64,000 nt of DNA from assembly GCA_951406725.2 (NCBI GenBank), contig OX597826.1:34472001-34536000 (forward strand). Reading direction: 5' to 3'. This DNA comes from Octopus vulgaris. Lineage: Eukaryota. The notes below the pieces were generated by a model, which made no database searches, had not been told where the DNA came from, and saw only the letters and a list, made by a program, of their open reading frames with translations. Positions 27,973 through 41,815 of the stretch are shown here, one piece after another (position 1 is the stretch's first letter; each line of letters opens with the position of its first letter). Made by a program: the position numbers and the translations under genes.

Positions 27973-28213
27973 AACATATATACATACATACACATACACA
28001 ACACAGACATATATATATATACATATATATACGAGGTTAAAAAATTAAGGTTAAGAAAATACGTGTTAAACACATTATGGAAACCTTATTTCAGAGTAAG
28101 TCCCTCGATGTGTGTCCGTGCAGCTACCAGGCATCATCAGTGATCCTTAGCAAACATCATTGTAATAATTCCAGGAATTCCAGGATGGACGTTTGGTGTA
28201 TATTAAAGATAAA

Positions 28214-28688
28214 AAAAGAAGACGGAATGTACCAACAAAAAAACATTTATATTACCGCAACAATTGCTTCATTTTGAAGAGGTACTGCTCCCTTGTGACC
28301 GTGGTACGATGCAATAACACCAGATGCAATGCACAGTGCATCGAAGAATCTTCAGGTGTGATAATAAGGTTTTAACCTGGGAGATTTACATGTGCCCACG
28401 AGTATAATTATTAATTTGTTCGTTTATACGTCTTTATGTTGATGTAAACATATGAATGTGTATGCGTTTATTTGTCTGTACGTCTGTCTAACTGCTAAAA
28501 TCTCTCAATACAGCGAAACTTAAATTTAAATCTCCCAGCTTAGAACCTTATTATCCCACCTTCTATGCACGGTGAGTTGCATCTGGAGTTATTGCATCCT
28601 CCCACCACTGCAAGGGAGCTGTAATCTTGAAGCTGAAACACTTGTGGTAATATAAATGCTTTTGTTCGTACATTCGGTCTTCTCTTTT
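28214..28688. repeat. Diverged foldback inverted repeat (about 165-175-bp arms)
   Basis: 28214-28388 vs 28527-28688, e.g. gatgcaataacaccagatgcaa / ttgcatctggagttattgcatc and catttatattacc / ggtaatataaatg. Confidence 0.85.
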
Positions 28689-28691
28689 ATA

Positions 28692-28754
<63 letters not shown>

Positions 28755-28850
28755 ATGTATATATATATATATGTGTGTGTATATATATATATAATTATAC
28801 ATACATGTATACATATCCGTGTATGTGTGTGTATGTATATATATATATAT

Positions 28851-28975
28851 CACGCAATAACGTGAACGATCATCAGTCTACTGGATGCTGTTATCAATCG
28901 CTAACCACAGTGCACTTTGTATCGTTTTCGCTTTCGAGTGATGCCTCCCTGCCGTCTAAGCGAAGAGGCCAATGT
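28851..28975 (-). mobile_element. SINE family C tail fragment
   Basis: Similar to 13231-13330 (ggatgctgtta...gagtgatgcc...ctaagcga.gaggccaa). Confidence 0.5.
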
Positions 28976-29160
28976 ACACATACACACACACGCACATATA
29001 AATGCATACATACATAGTTACCTGCTAGTGCACACCGACAGCAATACATACACATACGTGTGAATGCTTTTTTTGTTCTCCTATAGAATCATATTGAAAT
29101 GTTTATGTACACATGGATATATATATATACACACACGCGCACACAGAGATATGTATGTAT

Positions 29161-29202
<42 letters not shown>

Positions 29203-30278
29203 GAGGGAAACATATTAAGAGATAAACATACAGTTGCAGATATACATATAAGTGTGTGATGGTGGACCTGTGTCGGCATATTCTTACTTTCGAAAGCGCA
29301 CACGCATGCACCCCCGCGTGCACGTAGATATATATAGACTTAGAGAAACAAACCCACTCACATATACATATGAGTGTGTATGCTTGTGTTTGTGTGTGTG
29401 TGTGTCTGTGTGTGTGTGTGTGTGTGTGTGTACGTGTTTATGTACACGTATATGCGCATTTCCTTTTAGTTATATTATTTCCTTTATTTATATTAGTTCA
29501 GATGTCCGTGCAAAATATTGCCGCTGTAAATGCAGACATCTGAAACGAGTCTGTTTCTTTACATAAGGCATTTAATTGTCTTAACTGGTTGACCGAGGAT
29601 GTTTATTTTGTTCTGTGCGATAGACAGCAACTGACACAAGCAATTCAAGAGTCCGGATTGTGTATCTCTGTATGTGACTGCGTGTGGTTTACATGGAGAG
29701 ATGTGGGGGTAATTGACCATATCACCGTTATGATATGATGACTCACAGTTACTAGAGAGGAGCTGTTAGTTTTGAGTTAGAACAGCGGCGATGGTAGTTA
29801 GGATTATGATGGAGTTGTTGGCGGTTTAGTAATGGGGTTTCTGTGTTCTGTGTTCTGTTTTTCATAGGAATATTGTTTAGAGTTTTGTCATTGTTGTTTG
29901 TATTGATTACATTATCAAATAATGACGGCCATTTAATAGGCTTGTTTCAACAAAAACAATACTAGATAGGTTATTGATTTTGAGATTCGTTGCCTGTCTA
30001 CCCGAAAACATCAGTAACATTACAATAATCATCACCATCGTCATCAGTAAACTAAACAGTCGACCCTTCTAAGATCATTACGAATTCAAACACTATGCAC
30101 ACATGGGCACACACACGCACGCACACATACAGCGACACACATATTTATACAAACCTACATATATGTATGTGTGAGTGAAAACACATTCATACATTTACAC
30201 TTATACTCATATATATATATATATATATATACATACACACACACATGTATATATATATATACTTATATATAAAGTGAG

Positions 30279-30309
<31 letters not shown>

Positions 30310-30364
30310 GAAAGGCATATATACATATATATGCGTAATGGCAAAAAACAAGAAAGAATAAAAT

Positions 30365-30480
30365 GTTAGGGACGAGTTTAAACATTGGTGTTAGTATAAC
30401 GCTTCAGAGGAGGAGAAAACGTCAGTAATGTTTCTAACTCTAGTCCTTCATTAGAAAAAGCAAACAAAGAAAGAAAGAAA
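30365..30480 (-). mobile_element. Decayed PLE pLTR copy
   Basis: Minus strand CTAATGAaggactagagttaGAAAcatt followed by gaagcgttatactaac, like the other pLTR copies. Confidence 0.45.
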
Positions 30481-30769
30481 AGAGGAAAATGAGTAAAAGA
30501 AAACTGAAAAGGTACTGGAGAAAAAGTTGTAGGGGCCAGCTTATGGGGCAGATATACGGGGAGGTGGATATTAGGCATATTGGGCTGTGAAGAAAGGAGA
30601 GAGGAGATAGCGGAGAAGTGAAAGGGAAATATAAAAAAACAGGAAAGAATAGAAAGATAGGTAGTGTTCGGTTGTTAGGTGCAGTGTAGAGAAGAGTTAA
30701 AGAGAGTGAGAAGAGGGCTTCATTAAAATTGTCATGATGTAATGAATAAATATGAAAATGAAAAAAGAA

Positions 30770-30915
30770 AAAAACGAAAACCAGAGGGACAAGTTTGAAC
30801 AAATGTGTTATTAGTAAACGCTTGACTAGACGATGAAGGGTCTTCACCGCTTCGGACACTACACCTTTGTCAGAAAAGAGAAAGAATGGAGAGAAAAACG
30901 GAGGAAATATGGTGG
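30770..30915 (-). mobile_element. Decayed PLE pLTR copy
   Basis: Minus strand CTGACAAaggtgtagtgtccGAAGcggtg followed by aagcgtttactaataacacatttgtt. Confidence 0.45.
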
Positions 30916-30971
30916 AGAATATTTTCCTGTATTTATATATTTTCGTAGCTACTATTAGGTGGACATACAGC

Positions 30972-31025
<54 letters not shown>

Positions 31026-31043
31026 CATCGTCATTATTATTAA

Positions 31044-31250
31044 GGCGGTCAGCTGGCAGAATCGTTAGTACGACGCACAAAATGCTTAGGGATATTTCAT
31101 CCGTCTTAATATTCCGGTTTAAAATTCTGCCTTGATCCACTTTGTCATTTCTGAGTGCATAAAACAAGCTCCATTAGAGCACTGGTATCGATGTAATCGA
31201 CTTATACACTTTCTCGTAATTAGTGGCTTTCTCCCAAACTTTGACACCAT
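31044..31250 (+). mobile_element. SINE family B
   Basis: ggcggtcagctggcagaatcgttag head after an (ATT)n tract. Confidence 0.85.
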
Positions 31251-31269
31251 TTTTATTATTATATTTCGA

Positions 31270-31485
31270 GGTGGACAGCTGGAAAAAATTGTCAGCACGC
31301 CGGCTAAAATGCTTAGCAACGTTTCGTCCCTCTTTACGTTCTGAGTTCAAATTCCAGCGAGGTCGACCATACCTTTCATCCTTTCTGCTTCGATGAATAA
31401 GTACCAGTTACACACCGGGGTCGATATAACCGACTATCTCACCCCCGCCCCGTAAATTTCAAGTCTTCTGCCTATAGTAGAAAGG
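31270..31485 (+). mobile_element. SINE family B (tandem with previous copy)
   Basis: cagcacgccggctaaaatgcttagc...gagttcaaattcc...ataagtaccag, with an (ATT)n tail. Confidence 0.85.
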
Positions 31486-31525
<40 letters not shown>

Positions 31526-31950
31526 GTATTATTATTATTACAATTAGTATCACAAGTGTGAAATTTCACTGCAACGATCAGTGCTTTGTCTGCTGCTAGT
31601 TCTTCGCATGTGTTTCAACTAGACATTTCTATTATGATTATTATCATTACGTCTATAACTTTTCAAAAATGTTCGAAAGTAAAAAGAGAATATAATTGTT
31701 ATTACAATTATAATGATCGTATATATTTTAGTTTTTTTTTTTTTTCAATATGTTATTTGCCATTGGAAAGATTCCAATCAAAGCAATCATTAATTCATTA
31801 TTGTTAGAAAGAACAATACATATGTGTGTTTGGGTGTGTGTGTGTGTGTGTGTGTGCATGTATGTTCGTGTGTATTTATATATATGTGTGTTTATCTATA
31901 CATTTATAGATGAACATATATACATGGAAATATATATATGTTTATATATG

Positions 31951-31991
<41 letters not shown>

Positions 31992-32585
31992 ATAAATAGC
32001 TACAAATGTGTAGGGGGATATGGACATTTATATACATGCATGTACACGTCTGTATGTGTAAACTCACACATATATAAAAGGAGAAAGATAGACAGGCACA
32101 GATATACAAACACACACATAATTTGATTTCTTTCTTTTTTACTTGAACTATACATTAACGAAAATTTTAAAATGGTTTATTAGAGAAAATAATTTTTTTG
32201 AAATCGTGTCCATTTAAATATACAATAAAATTTAGTCTTTTTTTTTAAATGATTATTGTGATAATTAACACTAAAAGTTTTTTTAATGTTTTTGGGTGGG
32301 GTGAAAATTGTGCGGAGAGGAACATAACTTTCATTATTACTTTTTTTTTAATGAGAAATAATTTTATTTCCTTGCGTTTTAATTTCTAACTTATTTCCCT
32401 TGTTGTCCTCCTGCTGACCATCTTCATCATCATCATCATCATCATCATTATCCCAAATATCATCGTTATTCTCCTCATCGCTGTCGTCTTCGACGCTATT
32501 CTTGTTGTCATTCTTGTCGTCATCGTCACTACTGTCATTATTATAACTCCAACATCACACCATTACCACCACCACAAACACTATT

Positions 32586-32656
<71 letters not shown>
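32586..32656. repeat. (CTA)n microsatellite
   Basis: Direct reading. Confidence 0.95.
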
Positions 32657-33082
32657 AAAATATATTGATTTTTTTAAAAAGTCTTCAACTTTGCTTTATT
32701 CTTGTATAGCTTTTAATTGGTATAATTATGCCATCATACATCATCTGCAGGAAACATCTCACTATCATGAATGACACGGGTTTTTTCCTCTAATTAGAAA
32801 AATTGTATTTACTACAGACAATATCTTTTCTCTGTTACATTCTCATTCGTTTCCCCCAGTTTCTGCATCTCTTTTTCTGGATCCCACTTTATCAATTTGA
32901 AAGTCTGTTGAAGTAGCTCCTGTCTGTCGCACCATGTTTTAAGCGTTTACCTTGGCTCCTGCGCAACATATACACATACATACATAAATACATACACACA
33001 TACATACATGTGTGTATGTGTGTTTGAGTATGAGTGTAAAATATGTAAATTCGAGAGATACACATGCACAAGGTATATATAA

Positions 33083-33199
<117 letters not shown>

Positions 33200-33407
33200 A
33201 ACACGAGGTACGTTTGTACAATGTAGTAAGCAGCATGTACATAGAATATTTTATTGGATTGCTGAGCTTAATCTATCTCAGGTTTCCTGCAGTAATGAAT
33301 AATGAACTAAAGCATTCATTCTATTCAAGTGAGAATAGTTTTTCATTAAGGACTTGGAGGAAAAGATCCTAAAATCTATTGCTATCGTTTTATCATGTAT
33401 ACATATA

Positions 33408-33571
33408 TACGACGGGATTCTTTCAGTTTCCGTCTGTCAAATCCATTCACAAGGTTTTGATAGGCCTGATGCTATTGTAGAAGATACTCGCCCAAGCTGC
33501 CACGCAGTGGCACTGAACCCGAAATCATGTGCTTGGAAAGGAAACTTCTTACCACACAGCCACAACTGCGC
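33408..33571 (-). mobile_element. SINE family A, 5' half
   Basis: Reverse complement of gcgcag..gtggctgtgtggtaagaag...gggttcagtgccactgcgtggcagcttgggc...gacggaaactgaaa. Confidence 0.85.
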
Positions 33572-34891
33572 ATGTGGAGAATCTAGAAAGACACTGTTCC
33601 ATATTCCAATCCTAGAAAAGAATTAGTGATCAGGTATAGGGAAACCAATATTGAATTTAAATCTGATGAGTGACTGCCTTGACTGAAACTCTGTCACCAT
33701 TTTGGATGTGATTTGACTCTTTTGTAACTACATTTACTGCATATGTATTTGAATATATCTGAAATGTAATCCAGAGCAGGAAGTAAAATTATAAGTAATT
33801 CACTCCCTAAATCCTCTATTCTTAGTGGCCATAGAATAGCGATGTGCACATAGTAATTCCACTCAGATTATTTTGTTAATTAGTATATTAAGCTGGAATT
33901 TGAAATCTGACTTAACAAGAATATATTGAATAAATTAAGCGAAGTTTTAACTTATATATGAAACGCATTAATGCACGTGGTTTTATTTCATAAACCAGAA
34001 ACGAGCTCAGACTGATTTATAGGGAAAGGATTAAGAAAGTTTGAGGAAAGGTTTGACGACTGGGGATGATTTTCTAAATTCTCATTTAAAATAATTTATC
34101 ATGAATATGTAATATCAATAACGCTATAATATGTAATATCCATAATTCTAAATCCTAACTGAAGATCGACGATCACATTTCTCATGTTATCAGCACAACA
34201 CAAGCACCACCGCGCTTCAACATTTATGAGGGCTAATATTTAAGAATTATTCCCAATCCAAGAATTTAACAAGCTTAAAATTTTATTTTCAGATGGTTAC
34301 TACTTTCTTCGAAACTGAAATCTCAAGATCGATATTTCATTGTCAATGATAATGTTACAATATCAAACATTATTTCTTCTTTACTATTTTACTGGACTAC
34401 GGCCGTGCTGAGGCACAACATTAAAGAAAGCACGTGTTTAACTGACGAGGTTCTGAATAGTGGAAACAAATTCATTGTTACAGCTCCCTGGCATCTGGTA
34501 GGAGGACATTCTTCCATACGAATATGAATTAAGAGTTTACACGCTAAGTGTAATATTTCAGAAATTATTTCTAGATTTCATTTTGATACATTAACATTTA
34601 CGGCGAGGTGAAAACTTCAAATAGACAAAACATATATATAAATATATAAATATTATTTACGTCAGGTATTCATTACATCCTGAAATAATTTGTATCAAAA
34701 CATGCCGTTGTCATATTTTAGTTATTTCCCCTCACTGAAAATTGTGTAATAAAATTGACATGGTTTATATGTTAGTGTCGATAATGATATATAATTACTT
34801 TGAAAAGCCATGCATGTATATATAAGTGTGTGTGTGTATGTGTGTGTGTGTGTGTGTGTGTATACCTATACAGACACAAATATATACATAC

Positions 34892-34954
<63 letters not shown>

Positions 34955-35080
34955 TATTCATTTACGTATGTTTGGGTGTTTGCGTGAGTGTGTGTATAAA
35001 TTGATTTCTGTTTACCTATCCATCCCTCTCTATCTATCTGTTTGTCTGTCAATTTATTTCTCTCTCTTTTGTCTCTCCCT

Positions 35081-35129
<49 letters not shown>

Positions 35130-35743
35130 AAAGATATGACAACATATGAGATGTAAAAATGATGCACCTTGGCATCATACTCGCCAACATTCGCATGGTT
35201 CATACTCACAGAATTTTCCAAGGGTCGATTTAGACATCAACATATTTACACATAGATACGAACATATGCACACATTAAGTGCACTCGCATACATATCAAA
35301 ATTTTACCATTGGTTAATGGCAGCTAAATGTAAACTTAACTGAATACAGGACCAATAAGGTTTCAACTATTATACTGACTTCTTCCTGTTAATGATATAA
35401 GGCAATAATAAAGCTGTCAACGGGGTACATACCCCCTTTATCTAGTTAGCAGAACATTGCTTATCTTTATTAATCCGAAGATTAATAAACAAAACTACTG
35501 GACGAATCCATAAATCTTCGGGATTAGATTTAGATTTTGAAAGAGGATGCTCGTTTATATTATCTTAATACACGGGTACACATACGCATATACATATAAA
35601 TACACATATATATATATGTATATATGAATATATATACATACATATACATATATATATACTTATATGTATGTATATATACCTATATGTATGTATATATATA
35701 CATACATATATATATGCATATGTATACATATACATATATACGT

Positions 35744-35781
<38 letters not shown>

Positions 35782-35802
35782 GGGTGTGCGCATTAATATA
35801 TA

Positions 35803-35904
<102 letters not shown>

Positions 35905-36128
35905 GATTACATGTATGTAACTAAAAGTACACGATATGCAATATATCGATCAACACATTTTAGGTATCATTTATTCATTAGCATAATCGCCTTTTTGATC
36001 CATCTATATGTCCAACTAATTATCCATCCATGCATCTATCTAGCTAGATATCTCGCCATCTATCTATCTATATATCTCTCCATCTATCAATCCCCCCACT
36101 CTCTCTACATATACACACACGTACATAT

Positions 36129-36390
36129 ATCCAAAGAATAGTGAATGAAGTAGATTAAAACCAGGCTACATATGTTTCTTAGCTAGCGGTACCTCTGAAG
36201 TAATAAATTATTCAAACGAGGGTAGACTGCAAGCCTACGCTTCAGGAGAATTCGATCGAAGCCCCAACGCGGCCTGATGAGTAACTTGTGGTCTACCACT
36301 CGTTTAAATAATTTACTTCTTTCGAGGTTTCATTAACTATGAAGCATATGTAGTCTGGATTGTATCTTATCCATTCCCTAGAGTTTGGAT
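36129..36390. mobile_element. Foldback pLTR palindrome with hammerhead relic (36271-36355 plus)
   Basis: Arms 36129-36233 / 36286-36390. Plus strand ggc-CTGATGA-...-GAAG-CATATG-TA-gtc; left arm on minus keeps GAAA-CATATG-TA-gcc. Confidence 0.7.
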
Positions 36391-36560
36391 GTTAATTCGC
36401 ATTCACAACAACCCCTGTTGCTAACTGTGGATTATAAAATTAACTTTTTTCAGTTTATCGTAAACCACTATTTTTCCTGAAAGTTATTTTTTATATCTTC
36501 TACGGATTCCTTGAAGGTTACGAAGTTCGTAAACCTTGGCCCTGGGATCTTACCCTTTAT

Positions 36561-36851
36561 GTCATCTACTGCATCTCCTGCTCTCTCTGCCGTTCTCTAT
36601 ACATCGGACAAACGGGACGCCACTTTGCTGACCGGTTCGCGGAACTCTTCCGAGACATCCGATTCGGCAATGACACCCCGGTTTCGCGCCATTTCCGCCC
36701 TGCTGTTCACTCTTTGCAGCACCTGTCTATGTTCGGATTGTCCTTGCACAAGGTCCATCCGGACTCCCGTTTACGCCGTGAACAAGGATTAATCTTCTCT
36801 CTTCCCTTCTTTGCGCCACATGGGCTCAACTATCCTCCCCTCGTCATCTAA
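36561..36851 (+). pseudogene. PLE GIY-YIG endonuclease domain (Neptune-like), 5'-truncated, stop-free
   Basis: Manual translation VIYCISCSLCRSLYIGQTGRHFADRFAELFRDIRFGNDTPVSRHF...RLRREQGLIFSLPFFAPHGLNYPPLVI* (96 codons): VIY-C..C-YIG-QT motif, conserved R, and E...P.GLN end. Confidence 0.92.
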
Positions 36852-37565
36852 CCTCCTCCACTCTTCTCTCTCACCTACTACCGCTCCTCTCTTGCTCTGA
36901 CTCCTACTTCACTTCACTCCTACTCTCCTTCTCTCTTCTCTTCCCTCCTACCCACCTTCACTTTTCCCCCTCTCCTTTAATCGTCATCCTCCCTCATAAC
37001 ACCACCCTACCTAATCCAACCACACCTTCACTATTCATCCATTACACCCACTTCCACATACCCCACCTCTACCCCCACCCTTTCTTTCCCCACTTTCGTC
37101 TCCCCCACATCCCAGCACCATCACACCACACACCACAACACCAGCATACTATACAACACAAAATCACACCACACCACCACGCACACACTGGCACTGACCA
37201 CTTCTCTGCTTCACATGCACACACCTACACATGCACACACGCACACGTCAAGGTCACCAGCTCTCTTTCACACGCACATACATGACCTCTTATACACACG
37301 CACGCGCACCTTCGTTTTCCGATCACCACTACTTTATCATCACCCCTCCTTCCTAGCTCTCCTGTGTGAACCCTCTGTCCGGCATTTGCCCTGATAGATT
37401 GCTAGCAACTACACATTATTTTTTCTCATTGTTTCTTTCTGTCTTCATTTCTGTAGAAGAGCGTAGGCTCGAAACGTGAAAGACTTATTAACTTCCCGAA
37501 CGTTAAACTAATACCTGTTTGTTGTCAACAGCGCCTGTCTTCGTCTTTTTCTGTATATTCTCCCT
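36561..37565 (+). mobile_element. 5'-truncated Penelope-like element
   Basis: GIY-YIG ORF, about 500-bp C/T- and CA-rich UTR, pLTR with CTGTAGA-a-GAGC(gtag)GCTC-GAAA-CG-TG at about 37449-37483, ending in (TA)n. Confidence 0.88.
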
Positions 37566-37582
37566 ATACATACTTACATAGA

Positions 37583-37647
<65 letters not shown>

Positions 37648-38077
37648 GTGCGCATGTCTGTATATTTGTATATGTATATATAAGCCATTCCTACGCAAAA
37701 CATAATTGTGTATCTTATTATGTATATCACTGTCAATGGAAGAGCTCGGCGGTATTTTCGTAAGCGTTTGTATGTTTTCTATTATTTTTCTCATAATTCA
37801 GTGTTTGTATACCTTCAACATATATTCCTAGACTTTATGCACACACGCACACACATTTCATCAAAGGATGTTTGAAAGTAAAGCGGAGAATTTGTAATTT
37901 TTAAGTTCCAAATATGGTTCATCTCTACAAATGTTCAGCTATATATATGTGTAGCATTGTTATGTTCTAGCTTTGCGTATGAGTTTTATAATTTGTGAAT
38001 ATTGTACTAATGTTTCATCATGCAGAACTACATTTCATCAAAAAATTGTTTCCAAAATTGAATGTTTGAACAAAATC

Positions 38078-38483
38078 TGGCTGTGTGGTAAGTAGCTTGC
38101 TAACCAACCACAACGTTCCGGGTTCAATCCCACTGCGTGGCATCTTGGGCAAGTGTCTTCTGCTATAGCCCCGGGCCGACCAATGCCTTGTGAGTGGATT
38201 TGGTAGACGGAAACTGAAAGAAGCCTGTCGTATATATGTATATATATATGTATGTGTGTGTGTTTGTGTGTCTGTGTTTGTTCCCTTAGCATTGCCTGTC
38301 AACCGATGCTGGTGTGTTTAGTCCCCGTCACTTAGCGGTTCGGCAAAAAGAGACCGATAGAATAAGTACTGGGCTTACAAAAAGAATAAGTCCCGGGGTC
38401 GAGTTGCTCGACTAAAGGCGGTGCTCCAGCATGGCCGCAGTCAAATGACTGAAACAAGTAAAAGAGTAAAAGAGTAAAGAGAG
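38078..38483 (+). mobile_element. SINE family A, near full length
   Basis: A box tggctgtgtggtaag, B box gggttcaatccc, CORE-like cttgggcaagtg, internal TA/TG tract, (gtaaaaga)n tail. Confidence 0.92.
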
Positions 38484-38939
38484 TACATTTTGTATTCTAA
38501 ATATACCTCAAATAGGAGAAAAAGAAAGAGAAAGGAAGAGAAGAAGGGGAAAAGAGAGAAAGAAGGCAAAAAGACTTTCAGTGATGACCACACCTGTTTC
38601 CCTTTTTTCTTTCCTTTCTTTTCTTGAAGAGGTCACCATTTTTAAGCCCATTGACTAAATAAATGAATGAATGGTGAACGGGAAGGGGGATCTCTCTTCT
38701 CCTCTCTCTCCCTTCCCCATCTTTCTATCTATTCTATCTCCATTGTCATAGAACCTCACCCAAAAGAACAAAAACAATGTTCTTCGATGCCAAACAAAGC
38801 CCACCCCAAAAACGTCTACTTGTACATTCACAAAATTCGAGAAAGAATGAAAGCGCTAATAATAATGAATAAATAAATAAAAATTTCCAAAATTATGGCG
38901 ACCTTTTTTCTCATTATTCAATATCTGTACACCACACCT

Positions 38940-38941
<2 letters not shown>

Positions 38942-39037
<96 letters not shown>

Positions 39038-39045
39038 ATATATAT
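38942..39045. repeat. (CT)n(AT)n compound microsatellite
   Basis: Direct reading. Confidence 0.95.
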
Positions 39046-41716
39046 ATTTACTCAACGTTTAAGGTGTTGGTCTTTTGATCTCTATGGCACTTCTGTTTTT
39101 TTCTTTTATCAAACTACAATTCACTTTAATGCGGGTCTATTGAAAACGTTCGTGGGATTTTAAGATTGTTGAATAATTATTTCCTAATTACGTAAAATAA
39201 ATTTGTTCGTATTGATTTTCACCAATATTTTACGGTGGGACATATCATGTATACCACATTGCTTTGTGCTTAAAGATTGTAACAGTGAATATTTTAATAT
39301 ATATTATGGAATCAGCAAAACTTTGAACGTAGAATACTTGCAGTAACACCCACTTTTAGTAATGATGTGAAAGAAGTACTTGATTGATAAATACAGATCT
39401 GAATTATAACTGCAAAATATTTTCAGGAGCTGGTGGAATACGCATATATATCTGTCATTTCGTCTTCAACTATGACTTGCTACACGATTACACAGGGATT
39501 CTGTTAACAGATAACTCACATTACTACGTCGCACTACTTACAATCGATGGAAGTGTAGCAAATTTATCCGAGGATTAAAACTGGCAGAAACAACTTATGT
39601 ACACTTTACTCACCTATAATAGTATATTAATGATTGTACCAAGATTTGAACTGATAACTACATCGTCTCATGTCGGTATTTTTATCACCAATCCATGAAA
39701 TTTTTACGCTGCATCCTAACACCTTTGAAATCTAGTTTGTAAACACTAGTACACTCTGGAACAATTTATATCCGTTTGTCATCACTATATAATTAATATA
39801 TATAGTATACTGTTATAATACACACACACACACAAACACACATAAACCTCAGTGAATGAAGATATTTCACTTTTAAAGACGGCATATTTGAGTTTCTTTG
39901 CACTACTTACTTAAGTCAGGCTGAAAGTGATGCTCCATTTTTAAGTGCAATAATCCCACGTAGTCTTAATCTCAATAACATTGTTCCAGTACTGGCCGAA
40001 ATTTCCTCTAGTTATGGAACAACCCAATTTCCAGGCATTCCGAACCCGCTACCAATATTTGAATCCATTACATGTAAGTATAGCTTGATGGTCGGTTGCG
40101 CCACACGTCGTTAGAGAAAATGTGAGAAAATTGTTGACGTAGCTAACTATTATACAAAACTTTGTTCAGCATTGAACACGCGTTAATCCTGTTGCTATCA
40201 AACTATTAGCATTTTGGATAAAACAGGCTTTTCCTTTTAACCAAAAGAAAAGGAGGGAAAAGCAATAAAAGATAGAAATAACACTATAGAAATTATTCTA
40301 CGGTCTAATCAGTGAAAAACAAAAGTTACAAAGATAACAAAAAAAAAAAGAAAAATTGAAGAGGGCTGCCCTAAACTACTTACCTCAATGACGGCAAATA
40401 TTAAGAACCGATGCCAAGTTTATTCATTTTGGAAACATCAGACTTTGATTTCTAATGAAGTGTAAATATGTAATTTGCATTTCAGCTTCAGTGAGTTTTT
40501 CATTGGTAAGCTGCGTACTGCTGCCAAAAATACCTCCACAGCAGCAGATAAAGCATTGGTTATTATTTAAAATGACAATGACTGGTCGGTATTGTAAGCA
40601 GCAGACTTCTGAGTCATCGACTCCCACAAGGCTTCCTGTTTTTGCTATTGACATTCAATTGATTTCTCCCCCATTCCCTTTGTCTCTCTATCAGTCTCAC
40701 TTTCCCTCTGTTAAAAGATATCACATCGGTTTATGCAAACTCTGTCAGACTGCAGAACCGAAAATATCTATTCTGAACTGGAGTTAATTCAGTAATGAGA
40801 TGTATGTACACATATATACGCGTGTGTATGTGTGTGGATATATTTCAGTATGAGTTTTTAAGGATGCGTGTACACTAACGGATTTGCAAATATACAATCA
40901 AATATATGCAAATACATGCAAACATATATGCACACATACACATACAGCGATGGATGTGTATGTATATATGTCTCTGAATAGCTCGTTCTCCCTTTTATAT
41001 TTCTCTCCCTATACATAGACTACAAATACACACACACACTTATATAACCATGTGTGCATTTGACTGTGTGCCAAGGTGTGCATAGAAGTATTTACAATGC
41101 AATTATATACAACGAAATGTATGGGTATATGTGCGAATGCTTTTGATTTCGTATAAATAAATAGATAAGAAAAAGAAAGCGTAGTCTTATACATGCATAT
41201 GTATGCAAACACATACACACACATGATCACACACGCACACACATACGCAAATATATTATACATGGATGCATACATTCATATAAAACATATACATCAATGT
41301 ACGTTGCAATACTCAAGTTATCTGGAAAACTGATTTCGAGTTATCTCACCGTTAACAAGAACAAAACTGCCACATAAATATATCTAATAACATAATCACT
41401 TTTAACAGTGGTCTCTGGAGCTCGGTTACTTGTGTTTGTCGAAGTAGTTTTGGAAACACATAACCAGAATGAACTAGCAAGCGTGTTATAGGAGCGAAAG
41501 AGAAAGGTAATACACACACACACAAATGCATATACACACACACACACTCACACACATACACACGCACATACACACTCACATATATACACACGAACATACA
41601 CACTCACACACATACACATGCACATACACACACAAATATATATAATGCAAATTTATACATGTACATATATATATATATATATATATAGATATATATATAT
41701 ATATATATATGTAATG

Positions 41717-41748
<32 letters not shown>

Positions 41749-41750
41749 TG

Positions 41751-41815
<65 letters not shown>

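Noticed and set aside
38018-38302. ORFs such as RQASFSFRLPNPLTR...PGT.WLVSKLLTTQP (also 46696-46902)
   Set aside because: Antisense translations of SINE family A.
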